Source of the DNA: Octopus vulgaris
Taxonomy: Eukaryota
Assembly (NCBI GenBank): GCA_951406725.2
Contig: OX597819.1
Coordinates: 131,874,001 to 131,938,000, forward strand
Reading direction: 5' to 3'
Length of the DNA stretch: 64,000 nt
The notes under the pieces were generated by a model. It was given only the letters and a program-made list of their open reading frames with translations. It made no database searches and had not been told where the DNA came from. Made by a program: the position numbers and the translations under genes. The stretch's first letter is position 1. Every line of letters starts with the position of its first letter. Positions 41,297 through 61,393 of this stretch are shown piece after piece.

Positions 41297-41716
41297 ATGG
41301 ATAAACAATTTCTTGGCATCTCTGTTAAGGACATACCTATTCCTTCACAAAAAAACTTTCCTCTTACTCCTACTCACCAAAACTAAGAACCTCATCCAAA
41401 GAATGCAGTGGAAAGCCATCTTCCATGACAACCATAACAACCAGAGAGATAAGAACACCAATACGTACAACCTTCGACCCCATAAACACTCTTCACACAA
41501 TCCCCAGCTCAACAAATTTAAAGCTGATATACTTGATATGATTAGGAACTTTAAATTCCCTAAATATAAATTCCCCTCCCCAAAACAACTTCTGCATACC
41601 ATAAAATGGATTGCTTCATCCCTTAAACTGCACACCTTCTGGGATAAAATGGGAAATATGTACCCTGTTACCATTGAGGAATACAACAAAAATGCATAAT
41701 TTATCTTTAAGTACAT
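41297..41716 (+). mobile_element. Degenerate N-terminal ORF fragment of a Penelope-like retroelement
   Basis: Frameshifted SVKDIPIPS...KNLIQRMQWKAIF...LNKFKADILDMIRNFKF...WDKMGNMY..EEYNK resembles the PLE pre-RT region (KNIPIP/RMRWKA/ADKT). A hammerhead lies about 0.8 kb upstream. Confidence 0.6.
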
Positions 41717-42149
41717 TGTAAAATTGTCAGAATCATTGGGAACTGAAGTTGCAAGTTTGTTTGCAAGAAGACCTAAAGAAACTCCCAGAGTATAGAACTA
41801 CTTTGATTATTGAAGCTGTCTCCATTTTGATGTCATTTCTCATGCGGTTAAATACCATGGAAACATATGGGTAGCTTCTCTCTGTCCCTCCTCCTTCTGT
41901 CTGTCAATGCTTCTCTCTCGGCTCTACAATTTGACCTAAGGGTGGATTCAACTGTAAATGATGACTGATTGACCTCAAATGGAAGGCATAGAGCAGCATT
42001 AAATCTAAAAATTAAAAGTAATTTAGTCCCTTCCACCAAAACCCATTGCCAGACAGATGAGGTTGGTTTTGTCACCAAAGAAATGTGATTTACATTTATT
42101 CTCTCTTTCATTTCTTTAATTGTTACATATTTTCTCTTCCATTACTTAT

Positions 42150-42550
42150 ATCATCATCATCGTTTAACGTCCGTTTTCTGCGCTAGCACGGGTTGGACGG
42201 TTCGACCGGGGTCTGGGAAGCCAGGGGCTGCACCAGGCTCCAGTCTGATCTGGCAGTATTTCTACAGCTGGATGCCCTTCCTAATGCCAACCACTCTGCG
42301 AGTGTAGTGAGTGCTTTTTACGTGCCACCTGCACAGGTGCCAGGGGAGGTTGGCATCGGCCACGATCGGTTGGTGCTTTTAACGTGCCACCGGCACGGAA
42401 GCCAGCCAAGGCGGCGTTGGCATTGGCCACGTTCGGATGGTGCTTTTTATGTGCCACCGGCACAGAAGCCAGTCGAGGCGGTGCTGGCAACGACCACGTT
42501 CGGATGGTGCTTTTTTATGTGCCACCGGCACAGGTATCACAACTACTATT
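42150..42550 (-). mobile_element. RTE LINE 3' UTR fragment
   Basis: High similarity to 9065-9480 and 43433-43760. Confidence 0.8.
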
Positions 42551-43432
42551 TCCATTGATATGGACTATTTCCATTGATACGGACTATTTCCATTATATAT
42601 CCAATTGAATTTTATTGATCCATGAAGATTAGCTTCTGTTGTATTCAAGTTGACTTTCAATTCACAGGAAGGGTACACACACACACACACACATGAGTAC
42701 ATTCATCATCATTATCCTCATCATCTTTTAATGCCCATCTTACATGCCGGCATGGGTTGCATGCTTTGACAAGAATCAATGTGTCCAAGAACTCTGCACC
42801 AGGCTCCAGTGACTGCTATGGCTGGGTGCCTTTCCTGATATCATCTGCTTCACAGCATGGTTTGGTTGCTCCTTTTCCCTACCACCCGAACAATTGCAGT
42901 CACCATGCAGTTTGCAGCATTAATATGTAGTAATTGGACACGAAGAATAAGAGGAAGTGAGTATGAAGAGGATAGATTGTACGTGGGTGGGTTCACAAAG
43001 GTGTGAAGGGAGATAGAGGGGGAGGGAGTGCAGTAAGTGGTGAAGCTGGGTGGAGGGACGGGGGGGAGGTGTTGGGAGGATGGGTTGTGGGGGAGAGGTT
43101 TGCCAGGGACAAACTGTGTACAGGAGCATGCCTTCTTTGGGTGTGTGTGTATGTGACCTAATGGTTAGGGTGTCACACTCGCAATTGTGACATCATGGTT
43201 TCAATTCCCAGACTGGGTGGCATGTTGCTTTCTTCAGCAAAGGCACTTCGTTTCATGTTGCTCAGTCCATTCAACTATAAATGGATAACCCTGCAAGAGA
43301 CTAGTCTTCTAATCAGGAGGAATGTTGGCCTGAGATCATTCAAAAGCTAAAATGATGCAAAGTGCATTGTGACCAGTGATGTATAACAACATCCAATAAT
43401 CTGGTCGATCACATGATATATATATACACACA

Positions 43433-44910
43433 CATCATCATCATCATCATCATCATCGTTTAACGTCCGTTCTCCATGCTAGCATGGGTTGGACGGTTCA
43501 ACCGGGGATCTGGGAAGCCAGAAGGCTGCACCAGGCTCCGGTCTTATCTGGCAACGTTTCTACAGCTGGATGCCCTTCCTAACGCCAACCACTCCGTGAG
43601 TGTAGTGGGTGCTTTTTACGTGCCACCTGCACAGGTGCCAGGCGAGGCTGGCAACGGCCACGGTCGGATTGGTGTATTTTATGTGCCACCGGCACGGAAG
43701 CCAGACGAGGCGGTGCTGGCATCGGCCACGAGTCGGATGGTGCTTTTTACGTACCACTAGACCAGGGATCCTGGCTGGTTAAATTCGATTTCGATTTCGC
43801 TTGCCCCAACATGTCTTCGCAAGTAAGGGGGTTGGCATGGGTGCCTGTTGTACGGTCAGATTGGTGTATTTTACGTGCCACCGGCACAGAAGCCAGTGGA
43901 GGCGGTGCTGGCATCGGCCATGAGTCGGATAGTGCTTTTTACGTACCACCAGACCAGGGAACCTGGCTGGTTCAATTCGATTTCGCTTGCCCCAACATGT
44001 CTTCGCAAGCAAGGGGGTTGGCATGGGTGCCTGTCGTACGGTCAGATTGGTGTATTTTACGTGCCACCGGCACAGAAGCCAGTGGAGGCGGCGCTGGCAT
44101 CGGCCACAAGTCGGATAGTGCTTTTTACGTACCACCAGACCAGGGATCCTGGCTGGTTCAATTCGATTTTGACTTCGATTTCGAATTCGCTTGCCCCAAC
44201 ATGTCTTCGCAAGCAAAGGGGGTTGGCATGGGTGCCTGTCGTCGGATGAGGTTCTATATCGACTTCGCTTGCCTCAACAGGTCTTTGTGTCCAAGGGAGG
44301 AAAGGCATTCATAAGTGGGCTGGGCTCACTTGTCCTGCCTGGTCTTCTCACGTACAGAATATTTCCAAAGGTCTCGGTCGCTGGTCATTTCCTCAGTGAG
44401 GCCTAAAGTTCGAAGGTCGTGCTTCACCACCTCGTCCCAGATTTTCCTGGGTCTACCTCTTCCACAGGTTCCCTCAACTGCTAAGGATTGGCACTTTCTC
44501 ACACACCTATCTTCATCCATTCTCGCCACATGACCATACCAGCGCAATTGTCTCTCTTGCACACCACAACTGATGCCTCTTAGGTACAACATTTCTCTCA
44601 AGGTGCTAACGCTCTGTCAAGTATGTACACTGACATTACACATCCATCGGAGCATACTGGCTTCATTCCTCACGAGCTTACGCATGTCCTCGGCAGTCAC
44701 GGCCCATGTTTCACTGCCATGTAGCATGGCTGTTCGTACACACGCATCATACAGTCTGCCTTTTACTCTGAGCGAGAGGCCTTTAGTCACCAGCAGGGGT
44801 AAGAGCTCCCTAAACTTTGCCCAGGCTATTCTTATTCTAGCAGTTACACTTTCAGCGCACCCATCCCCACTACTGACTTGGTCACCTAGATAACGGAAGC
44901 TATCAACATA
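43433..44910 (-). mobile_element. Young RTE-clade LINE 3' portion (ORF C-terminus plus repeat-rich 3' UTR)
   Basis: SFRYLGDQV..IAWAKFRELLPLL..MLHGSETW..RWYGHVARM..GRGRPRKIW; ends CGGACGTTAAAC(GAT)n. Confidence 0.92.
43660..44240. repeat. Three tandem units of about 185-190 bp inside the RTE 3' UTR
   Basis: ACCAGGGA(T/A)CCTGGCTGGTT recurs at about 43761, 43953 and 44139. Confidence 0.85.
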
Positions 44911-46899
44911 TAGTACAGCATTGCAGGTCTAACACAAATATACACTCTGCCCTTTACTTTGTAGGCCAAGACTTTTGTTGCCAGCATTAGCAACAGCTAC
45001 CTGAACCTTCTCAACCTGTTCTTACCCTGGTTATTATACTTTCATCTCATATGTAATAAAAGCTATTGACCTCTTCTAGTGAGCTGTTCACATATCTTTG
45101 AGAATTTATGTTCAGTGCACTCATAGTATAAACTGCTTCAGTGCATTAGTCACATAAGAAGCTTACCTTTCCTGTTTATCTGCCTGTGATTCCTCTACAT
45201 CATTTGTGTCTCTAGCTTATATTGAGTACAACATAAGATGTTTATGTCTGCCTCTTTTCTCCACATCAAGTAAAGCTATTTTTCCTGAAGATGCCACAGT
45301 TTTGGCTTTTGTTTTACTTACTAAAACCTTAGTCTTAAGTTTACTTTTAGATCCCTTGATTCTAGATTTAGCTTCCATGACTGGAATTTTTTCTCTTATT
45401 CCCTATCAATTCAACTATGAGAACTCCATCATCAGCATTTAGGAGTTGTCATGGACAGCTAGTCTTGAACTCTTTTGTGATGGTCTACAGGACTATGTTG
45501 AATAGGAGAGAACTGAGGAACTTTGGAGAGCTTCTACGTTCACCTCTGAAGTTGCTGTTGACTCTCACTTTCAGCATACATAGTTTGTACAGCCCTCACA
45601 AGACATTCATCAACAGCTAGCTTCTTGAGTGAGCTCCAAATTACAGAGTGTTAGATGCTTTCTCTGAGTCAATGAATGCCAGAAATAGTGGTTCACTTTT
45701 GACCAGGGTATTTCTCTGTAACACTGCCCCGTATTAACTCGTACCCTTGCTTCGTCAACAGCCACATACATTATGACCTGGGCTGTGTGTAACTGGCCGT
45801 TTCAAATCTGGATTCAGCCGCAGGCCAAACGACCATTACCAATAATTCCAGTTGGTATGATGCCGCTTCATAACCTCAACAATCATTAATTTATTATCGA
45901 TCTGAATGACCCCAGGTGTTAACTGGCGCAAGTGAATTGAAAAAAGCACAAAACTGGAAATCGAATGCCAGTTTAACTGACATCGTTCTCAGTATTTTTT
46001 AAACTTTAATTCAACACGTGGGGATTGAATGATAATTAAATTCGTAATATCGGAATAATTAATTTCAAAATTAATCATAATTAATTTTTGACTTAATTAT
46101 TCTCAGGAACTTTCCCGCGTGAAATTGAGTGAATTATATATAACTCATCCTTTAAAAAAATATTATATTAATAAATTGAATTAAAGGATGGGTTATTTTA
46201 TTTATCGTTTTGACCTAATAAAAATATTTGTTGTTGAGGTAAAGATAAATCATAGAATTACTTAACAAGACACTCCAATAAATAGCGTATTCAATTAATT
46301 TTAAACATTACGAGTTTAAAATTGTATTTCAAACCTCATTTGCTTTCACACACACAAATTTTTAACCGCTTAAATATGTTTCAGGATGTAGGTACATTTA
46401 AGGATGCAAAAATACGATTTTGAATATAGATTTCAATACAAAATAAATAAAACATTAGAGATTGTATTATAATCTTGCGTAAATAAAAATTAGAAAACCA
46501 AAAATATGGTTTCTATTTGAAACCTGACCAACATTGTTTCAATAATTGATGTCATGTTGAAAGGCATAGATCTACTTTCACTTTATTTCCCTTGTTATGC
46601 TAGTCACCCCTCATAATAGAATCGATTATTACGACGTATTATCTGAGGGATACAAATACTGTCCACTTTGTCACATTATAAAATATTTATTGTGTTTATT
46701 AAGGTTGATTCATGACGCATTGACTTTCGTTTTAGCCATTAAATAGAAATATGTTGTATTATTCATGGGCGACTCGATATTTATTAGTTTTTACATAATT
46801 CAATCAGTTATGGGAGATAGTTTTTGGGAAATCATTTGAGAAACGTTTTAATTATTTGTGATGAGGCAACTAAAAACTACGACGTAGATGAATGTTCTT

Positions 46900-47252
46900 C
46901 TTCTTCTTCTTGCAGTCAACCTCGTGGCTTTTAATTAAGATAAACAAACCGGAAAGGATATAAACTTTTATTTTACACTTTCACCATACACCACAGGCAT
47001 TGCTTTTCAACCCCATTTAATTATTCACTCTAAAACACAATACAATTCAACACTTTATTTATAAAACCGAATCGACATCGTTTTTATTATATTTGAAATT
47101 TTCCTTCTTTGACACAAAAGCTAAAACGGTTACAGTTTAGCGAGTTACCTGCCCTTGGTTGTGTCTCTGTATTGCTCCTTCTGCCGGCAGAGGGCGTCGT
47201 TGCGCCGTGCTCTGATTGGTCAACTTCAAACCCTGTCTTCCCAGTCTTTACA
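46900..47252 (+). promoter_or_regulatory. Proximal promoter / 5' UTR of the hnRNP A/B gene
   Basis: CpG-containing and transposon-free; inverted CCAAT (CTGATTGGTC, about 47212); CCGGAAA ETS-like site at about 46950; pyrimidine-rich stretch just before the ATG. Confidence 0.55.
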
Positions 47253-54307
<7,055 letters not shown>

Positions 54308-57300
54308 AAAAAAACTAACCTGGCAGCGACTTAACATTCAGGTATTTTGTGTTTTCGATTTTTTCCGTGTGATTGAGGGTCTGTTTCAAATTGATATTTT
54401 AGCCAGTTTAGTATGTATTAGAGTAATAGGGTTTATAATATATATAAAAAAAAGCAATGTTGATTACTTTATTTCTTTTCACTTCTTTTAGGAGAAGATT
54501 TCTTAATAATAAGGATGTTACTGGAAAGGCTTTTACAAACCAGTATTGCCTAAAAATATTTAATTTTAATTTCTAAAATAATAGTATGTTAAAATAGATT
54601 GCAGTCTAGTTAGGTGGTAGCTTAGGCATTTTCATTGCAGGCTAAATGAAGTGACAAAATAATTAGCCTTTATGATAACTTGATAAAAACAATATTTGTA
54701 TCTTGTTAGTGTAGAGTTTTCTAGCGATGATATTTTTTAAATGCATTTAAATATTAATCTGTTTTATTTGATATGTTTAGGCAGGCTTTACAGTGCAGAA
54801 ACGGAGGCAGCTAGCTTGAATTGTACTTAGTGTAACCGTGGAGACAGGCAAGAGGCAATTGTAGTAGTACTGAGGAGAGACACAAGAGAGGCAGGATTGT
54901 ACTTAGTGTAACCAAGGAAATGGGCAGAAGCAGATTGGTGGCTCTCAAAGAACACCACTCTAAATTTAAAAAAAAAAACAATTTTAAAAAGATGCAATAA
55001 AAAGAAGAAACAACAGAACAAAAAAAAATGACTTGGTAGCAGGCTTTGATCATCATTTTCCAATTTTAAGACATTTTCAAGTGACAGTCGTAGCGTAAGG
55101 GTCACATTTGGCCGTAGATGTATGAGACTTTGACACATTTTCTATATTAATCATTTGGCTTGTAGTTTAGAAGTGGGATGTGTAAGCTAGATTTGAAATT
55201 TTCAATATAAACAGACAATAATAAAGTTGTTGTGTTAGGTCTAATTAAGCTTTGACATTGCCCACTGCTTTGGCATAATACGTAAATATTAATTATATTA
55301 AGAAAATGTACAAAGGCAAAGTATTGGTCAGGTTTACTTTTCATGTAATACTGTCAACTGTGATGGTGTTTTGTGACAACACTTTGCTGACTGTTGTTAG
55401 GACTCCACACTAGAAAGCTGCAAGAGATAAAAAAACGGTGGTGCTAGAGCCTAGTAGTGTGAAACTAGTTTCTCTGTGAACTGTTATTGCTTTCCTTGAA
55501 TGTTGAGTTCAGCTTTGGTGGTTATCAAAACAACAATGGACTTTCCAGATTTTTTTCCAAATATATTTGTTGTGTTCTTCTTCTTCTTTCCATAGTGTAA
55601 TAAGTCACATGTTATTTGTGAGAAACATGTTTGTGATTCTTTAGATTCTGGTCTTTCACTACTTATTATTTCTACAGCTCATAAATGGACAGTGTTAGTG
55701 ATCTTCTGTGACCATACAGAATATTTGAACATTGTCTTACAGACACTTCCATAGTTTGTAAATGTTTTTGATACAAACCATTATGTCATAGCTGATTTTT
55801 TCTAGTCAGTTATCAAACAACTGTCATTTTCATCGAACTGCAGTAAAATTTGCATGTACCCATTTTTTTAAAACTTTTTTTTTTAAAATTTTTTCTCCCT
55901 AAAAAATAAAATATTGAAAATTAGTCGTTGAGAATGTGTGTTATTTCTGTTTCTATTGGGTATACATTAAGAAAACATCTGCTCATTGTGGAAGTCTAAT
56001 TTGTTTAAACGAATATTTTAGTAGCAGCGGCAGTACAGCTGTCATTGTTCACGGATACACAAGACTTTGTATTTCAAATTCTTTTATTTTGATTTTTGGG
56101 TGTTTTTTTTTTTTTTAACTCCTTAATAAAAGGAAGTTCCAAATCATCAGAAATACATAATTTAGGAATTGGACTTAATTCTTAAACATTTGCTGCACAT
56201 TTTAATAAAAAAAATACTACTTTATTTAGCAAAAAGTTTGTGTTTGAGACATTAGCTATTATTAATGCTGTAGATGGAAATATAGAAATATGTAAATGTT
56301 AAGTACAGCATATTTAATAATTGTATTTTGGATGAAAAATTAGTCTTTATTCCAGGCATTGATTTACTTGACCCAAGTCTCCTGAAATTGTAGCTTATTG
56401 CAGTTGCAAGCTTCCATAAAACTGCCCATGTATTTGCTTGTGTGCATGACTTTGGAGTAAGCTACAATTTTGAGAGGAACTCTTTCACCGCTGCAGACTT
56501 TCTACATGAACTTCCATTCTGCTTTCTTTTGTGGCTTATATCTAGTATTGTTTTAAATGGAGTAATCTTTCTGAACGAATCAATTTGACTTCCATATGTA
56601 ACAGCACTGAGATATATTCCAACATAAATTTTGTTGCATAAAAACACCAATTCACTCTAGATTAAAGTATTAAGCATTAGTTTGGTTTTTTGTTAGACTT
56701 AGCTCTTAATGAATGACTTGAAATCTATAAAATTTTATAATGCTCTGTTTTTACATAGTGAAATTAATTATAAGATTTCCAAGTATTTTGAAGTTGCTCA
56801 AAATTTAGTATTTAGAATGGATTTTCATTAAAAAATACTTGTAACAATTTTTAAAATAAACCAAAAAACAAAAGGAAAAATAAGTTGGCTTCATGAAGTA
56901 TGTTGGAATGCATCCAGTTTGGGTTATCTTTTTGTAAACCTTATTTGTATAAAGTTATTAAATATCACAAATTTATTCATAAAATGCTCTTTTAATGCAA
57001 ACCTGGGACCAATTTTAAGTTAGTAGAGAAATTACTTTTAATATCAAATTTGAAAAGAAAAAAAGAATTTTAAAAATGTGTTTGAACATTGAAAAATGTT
57101 AAACTTGAGATTTCATCGTAGCAATTTCTGAATTCTTCACTACCGATAGATCGATCTGACTTAATGTTACCATTCCTAAGAGGAGAGAGAGTTACATGGA
57201 CTCTAAAATGTTGTTATATGTTTCATTTGTTCAGTGATGCCTAGCTTTTTCTTCATTATTGTTTGTTGCATCAAATAACAGTTAATCTTTAATCATACAA

Positions 57301-58700
57301 ACACTTCCATCATGGACAGCAATGCTTTGATTTGCAAAATATTCTTTAAAATTACCAAATTCAGTTGTGCATTGCTCTGTTGTAAAAAAAAAATAAACAA
57401 AAACAAAACTGTTCATCGGAATATTTCCAAGAAATGGCTGATTCCCATCAACAGTTAATGTTTTGGCATGATACGTGATGCTGCTGTGATGAGATTCTTT
57501 AAATATTTCTTTGCAGAGTATTGAAATTTTTCAACTGAAAATGTTTCCTGGTTCTTATGTATTAAGCACTGCCTTTTTTAGATTAATATGATTGATGCAA
57601 AATTAATTATTTTTCATGGTTGAGTGTCATCACTCCAGATTAGAGTATGAAATCTCTGCAATATAGATTTATCTGTTGTGGTGGTGGGAATTAGAAAGAA
57701 TTGGTTTTCTACAGCAGTTTTATTAGATAAAAACAAATATGATTGGTGGCATAGCTAGTTGCTTTTTCACAGTCAGAAAAAATAAAATGGTTGATTGATG
57801 ATCATGGACCCCCAAAAAACTCTTGAAATGATCATCCCCCAATGACGCCAGTCTAGTTAGTTTTTGCTTGAACAGGATTTTGCCATGTCTAACCCTTCAA
57901 CTCACAAGATAGCTTAAAGTGTCAAGTCGCAGCCAAGGAAAAAGACACCTTTAAGTGCAGGTAAGATAGGATTTTAGTAAATTCCAACTTTTAGATTAGA
58001 CTGTTAATTGTTTCCTAATTATTGGTTGTTTGTATTCGTTTAATAGTTTAAAAAGAGAAAATGGAATTTTCTATAGAGTCTGCTAAGAAAATGTCTTGTC
58101 AGGTAAACTTTTCCATGAGGTTCCTTTATTCAGCTGTTGATAGTTGATTGGTCAAAAATCTACTACATGCACTTTCGGCTTAATTTCTGTAGAGGCACTG
58201 AAGTAATGTATTTTATAATACTTTATATAATAGCTAAGAACTTTTTTTATGTTTACCTGGTAAAAATTCTATGAAAAGAAAATCTCACTAAACAGTCAAG
58301 ACGTAGACCTTTTTCTTTTTTTTTTCTTCAAGTGATATGGTTGATTCTCTGTGGGGCACTTTTAATGTAAATCTTTCGTGCTTTGACCCCACAAAATGTA
58401 GCTAATTTTTAGAATTGAAAATTGTTAGCAGCAGAGAAGTTCAGTGGCTGATAAGAAGAGCAGTTTGGTAATAAACCGAATTTTTTAACAAGATCAGTAA
58501 ATTTTAATTCTGTTTGGAATATTGTGTTAGTGTAGAGAAATAGAACATGTAAAGATTGTGAGAAAAACCTGATTTTTATGAATACCTTTCACATTTTTAT
58601 AGCAAAGTGTTTAAAAAGTGTATTTTTAATTTTTTTTTAGTTTGGTCCATCTGGCTTGCAGAAGTGTTGAAAATAAATTTGTGCTGCATCTATGGTGAGT
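54308..58700 (+). other. Long spliced 3' UTR region of the hnRNP A/B gene with several AATAAA signals
   Basis: Transposon-free AT-rich stretch. Donor at 54342; acceptor AGs ending at 54491, 54640 and 54780; AATAAA near 54995, 55219, 55904, 56126, 56204 and 56855. Confidence 0.6.
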
Positions 58701-59009
58701 AACATTTAATCATCATTTACCTGATTATTATTAATTTCCCCATTTCATTTCAAAATTTAAAGCCAGTCAAGCTGCTAAATGCGAGTTGGGAAAATCAGTC
58801 TTGTTATTGTGTTTAGGAAGTCAAGCTATGATTTGGTGGGGTCACCACTGATACCATTTAGACCCCTTTTCATACCAACTCACCTGACACTACTTTTAGG
58901 ATACTGATATAAGTTGAAATCTTCTATTGTAAGTAGTCTTAGTAGGAAAGCAGATAAATCACAAATGCCTTCAGATAGATGGCCCTGCTTGACAGTAAAG
59001 GTGTAGGTA

Positions 59010-59770
59010 GAAATTCCAGATGTACCCAGTGCAAGCTCTGGACACAGGAGGTGCAGCAATATCAGAAGGTTAACAGGAAACTAGCCTGGCAGATGCACAG
59101 GTACAATAAACACTAGACTCAGAAAATAGACTCCAGGGAGGATGCCTAGAAGTAGTTGACAGCTTTTGTAATCTAGGTGACCGAGTCAGCAGTTAAGGTG
59201 GATTCTCTGAGAGCTTGGCTGCTACTTTTGTTGGCAACAAAGGCCTCTCAGTGAAGGGCAGATTGTAGGCTGTGGTGGCAGAGGAGAGGTGAAGGCTTGA
59301 AAGAAATGAATCTAGAATGATTCATTGGATGTTCATGTTGAGAAAACTAGGACATGAGAGGCAATGTGGTGTGCAAGAGAGGTGATTACTGCATTGGTAT
59401 GGAGGCGGACAGCTGTGTAATGAAGTGCTGATCTCAGTGGAGGGAACCTGCAGAAGGGGTAGAGCCAGGAAGATATGGGACAAGGTAGTGAAGCATGTTC
59501 TTTGAATGCTACTGTCTCCAGAACGCAATGGCAGGTGATGGTGACCTTCGGCAATTTACTGTACTTGAGCAGGCTAGGTCACATTGTAGATGTGGCTGGT
59601 GCCAGTGACACAAAAAGAGCCCACTACACTCTCCGAGTGGTTGACATTAGGAAAGAGCATCCAAGCCAAAATCAGACTGGAACCTGGTGCAGCTCCCTGG
59701 CTTGCTTGTTCCAGTCGAACCATCCAACCCGTGCCAGCATGGAAAGGGGACATTAAATGAATGATGATGA
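59010..59770 (+). mobile_element. Degenerate RTE LINE 3' fragment
   Basis: Remnants of FCYLGD, GTCRRGRARKIWDKVVKH and a 3' UTR ending CATGGAAAGGGACATTAAATGAATGATGAT. Confidence 0.75.
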
Positions 59771-61393
59771 TTCCCTGTTAATTTATAGTCCAAACCCCAG
59801 CTTAATATCGCCAAAGCTATTTTACCAAATTCTTTATTTTTAAAAATCAGTTGAAACAGCAAATTTCAAGAGAAATGGGATAGTGAAAGGATCAGTCTTC
59901 TAAAATTGGTAACAGTTCAAAGGAATCTATATTAAGTCTACTGGATATTACTGTTATTGGCCTTTTACACTTTTCCTGAAGGTGTTTTGTGCAGCTAACT
60001 AGTTTTTAGCTGTTTGTTATTGTAAAGCTCCAGGTTCTCTCAGATCTGCTTTTTTCTACCCAGAACTCACTGATTCAATGGAATCAGTGTGGGGGAGGGG
60101 CATTAGGCTGGCCACCATGTTGAAGGGGTAACAAGCAACAGCTTGGTACTGCCGACACTTACTGCATACCTGTAAGACTTGGGGGGGTTTACAAACATTG
60201 TCAAAAGAGCTAAGCTGCTTCCAGGCGAACTGCCTGAGAAAATATTTGAAAATCACCCAGCAAGACAAGGTCCAAGGCACGGGTGTGGCAGAACAAAAAA
60301 CCTCAAAGTGCATCCAGTCCAGAGCTAAACTCCTTGTCTTCAGTCCAAGCAAACCACCAATACTCAACCTATTGCACCCGGCCCTCTCAACACACATCAG
60401 ACGAGTTGGCCCTCTCTTCCTCTCCCACGTAATGTTCTTGGTTTACTGTTTGTATTTTTGCTCTCAGTAATAATAATAAATTTAACAATGCCTGAATTTG
60501 AAGCTAAGGTAGGAACTGCAAATTATGAGACATTGTTGAAATTCCAAGCTCCTTTCTCCCTCCCTGCTTTATGCAAATTATAAGGGATATCTTTCAAATT
60601 TTAATGATCCCATTCTATAGAATTCATTCTCTGCTATTTATAGCAGCAAGTTGATTTCATTATTTCGAATATAGATTGGATGTGACAGTTTGCGAATCCT
60701 TAATTATTCAGAGATTTTGCTTTAAATGGCAATTTTAATATGCATCAAGTCCCATATTTAGATATATTTTGACTGATTTCTTTTTTTTCTTTCACTGACT
60801 CCCATTTTCTCAGATATATTTTAGCCAAAGTAATCCTCCCCAAACTTCAAGGGAAGCAACCGAGCCTTTCTGCTAAATTATATTCCAAGCTTTGTAATAC
60901 TGCAGCAAGGGACCCACAGCAAACCCACCATTCTGTTTTTTCCCTGCCATGCTTTCCCCACATCCTCCTAACACTCAACCCCCCATAGCAAGACACTTGT
61001 ACTTGTCCCCTTCTCATTGCTTTAGCCCTTTCAACATCTGGCATAAGGCCACCTCCCATTATTTAAATACTCCCCTCCCTACTCAAAAGCAGGTGCTGCC
61101 TCACCTCCACCCTGCTTACTATACTGTTTCTTTTTTCTTTCTTTCTTTCTGTCTTGCTTAATTTACTCGGCAACCTCTCTGGTGCCACAGTGGCAAGACA
61201 AGGGCATCCAGCCATGACAACTATGTTGAAGCTGATAGTGGAACTTGGGGCCACTCTGTGGCACACTGGGTTCTGTCAAACCATCCTGTGCCAGCATAGA
61301 AAACAGACAATTGATGATGATTAGGATACCTATGTCTCTCTCTGCCACTGGTTATTATACAACCATGCCATTATATACCATCGTCTTTAAATA

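Noticed and set aside
43476-44406. Multiple 65-167 aa ORFs with repeated peptides
   Set aside because: Translations of tandem repeats in the RTE 3' UTR.
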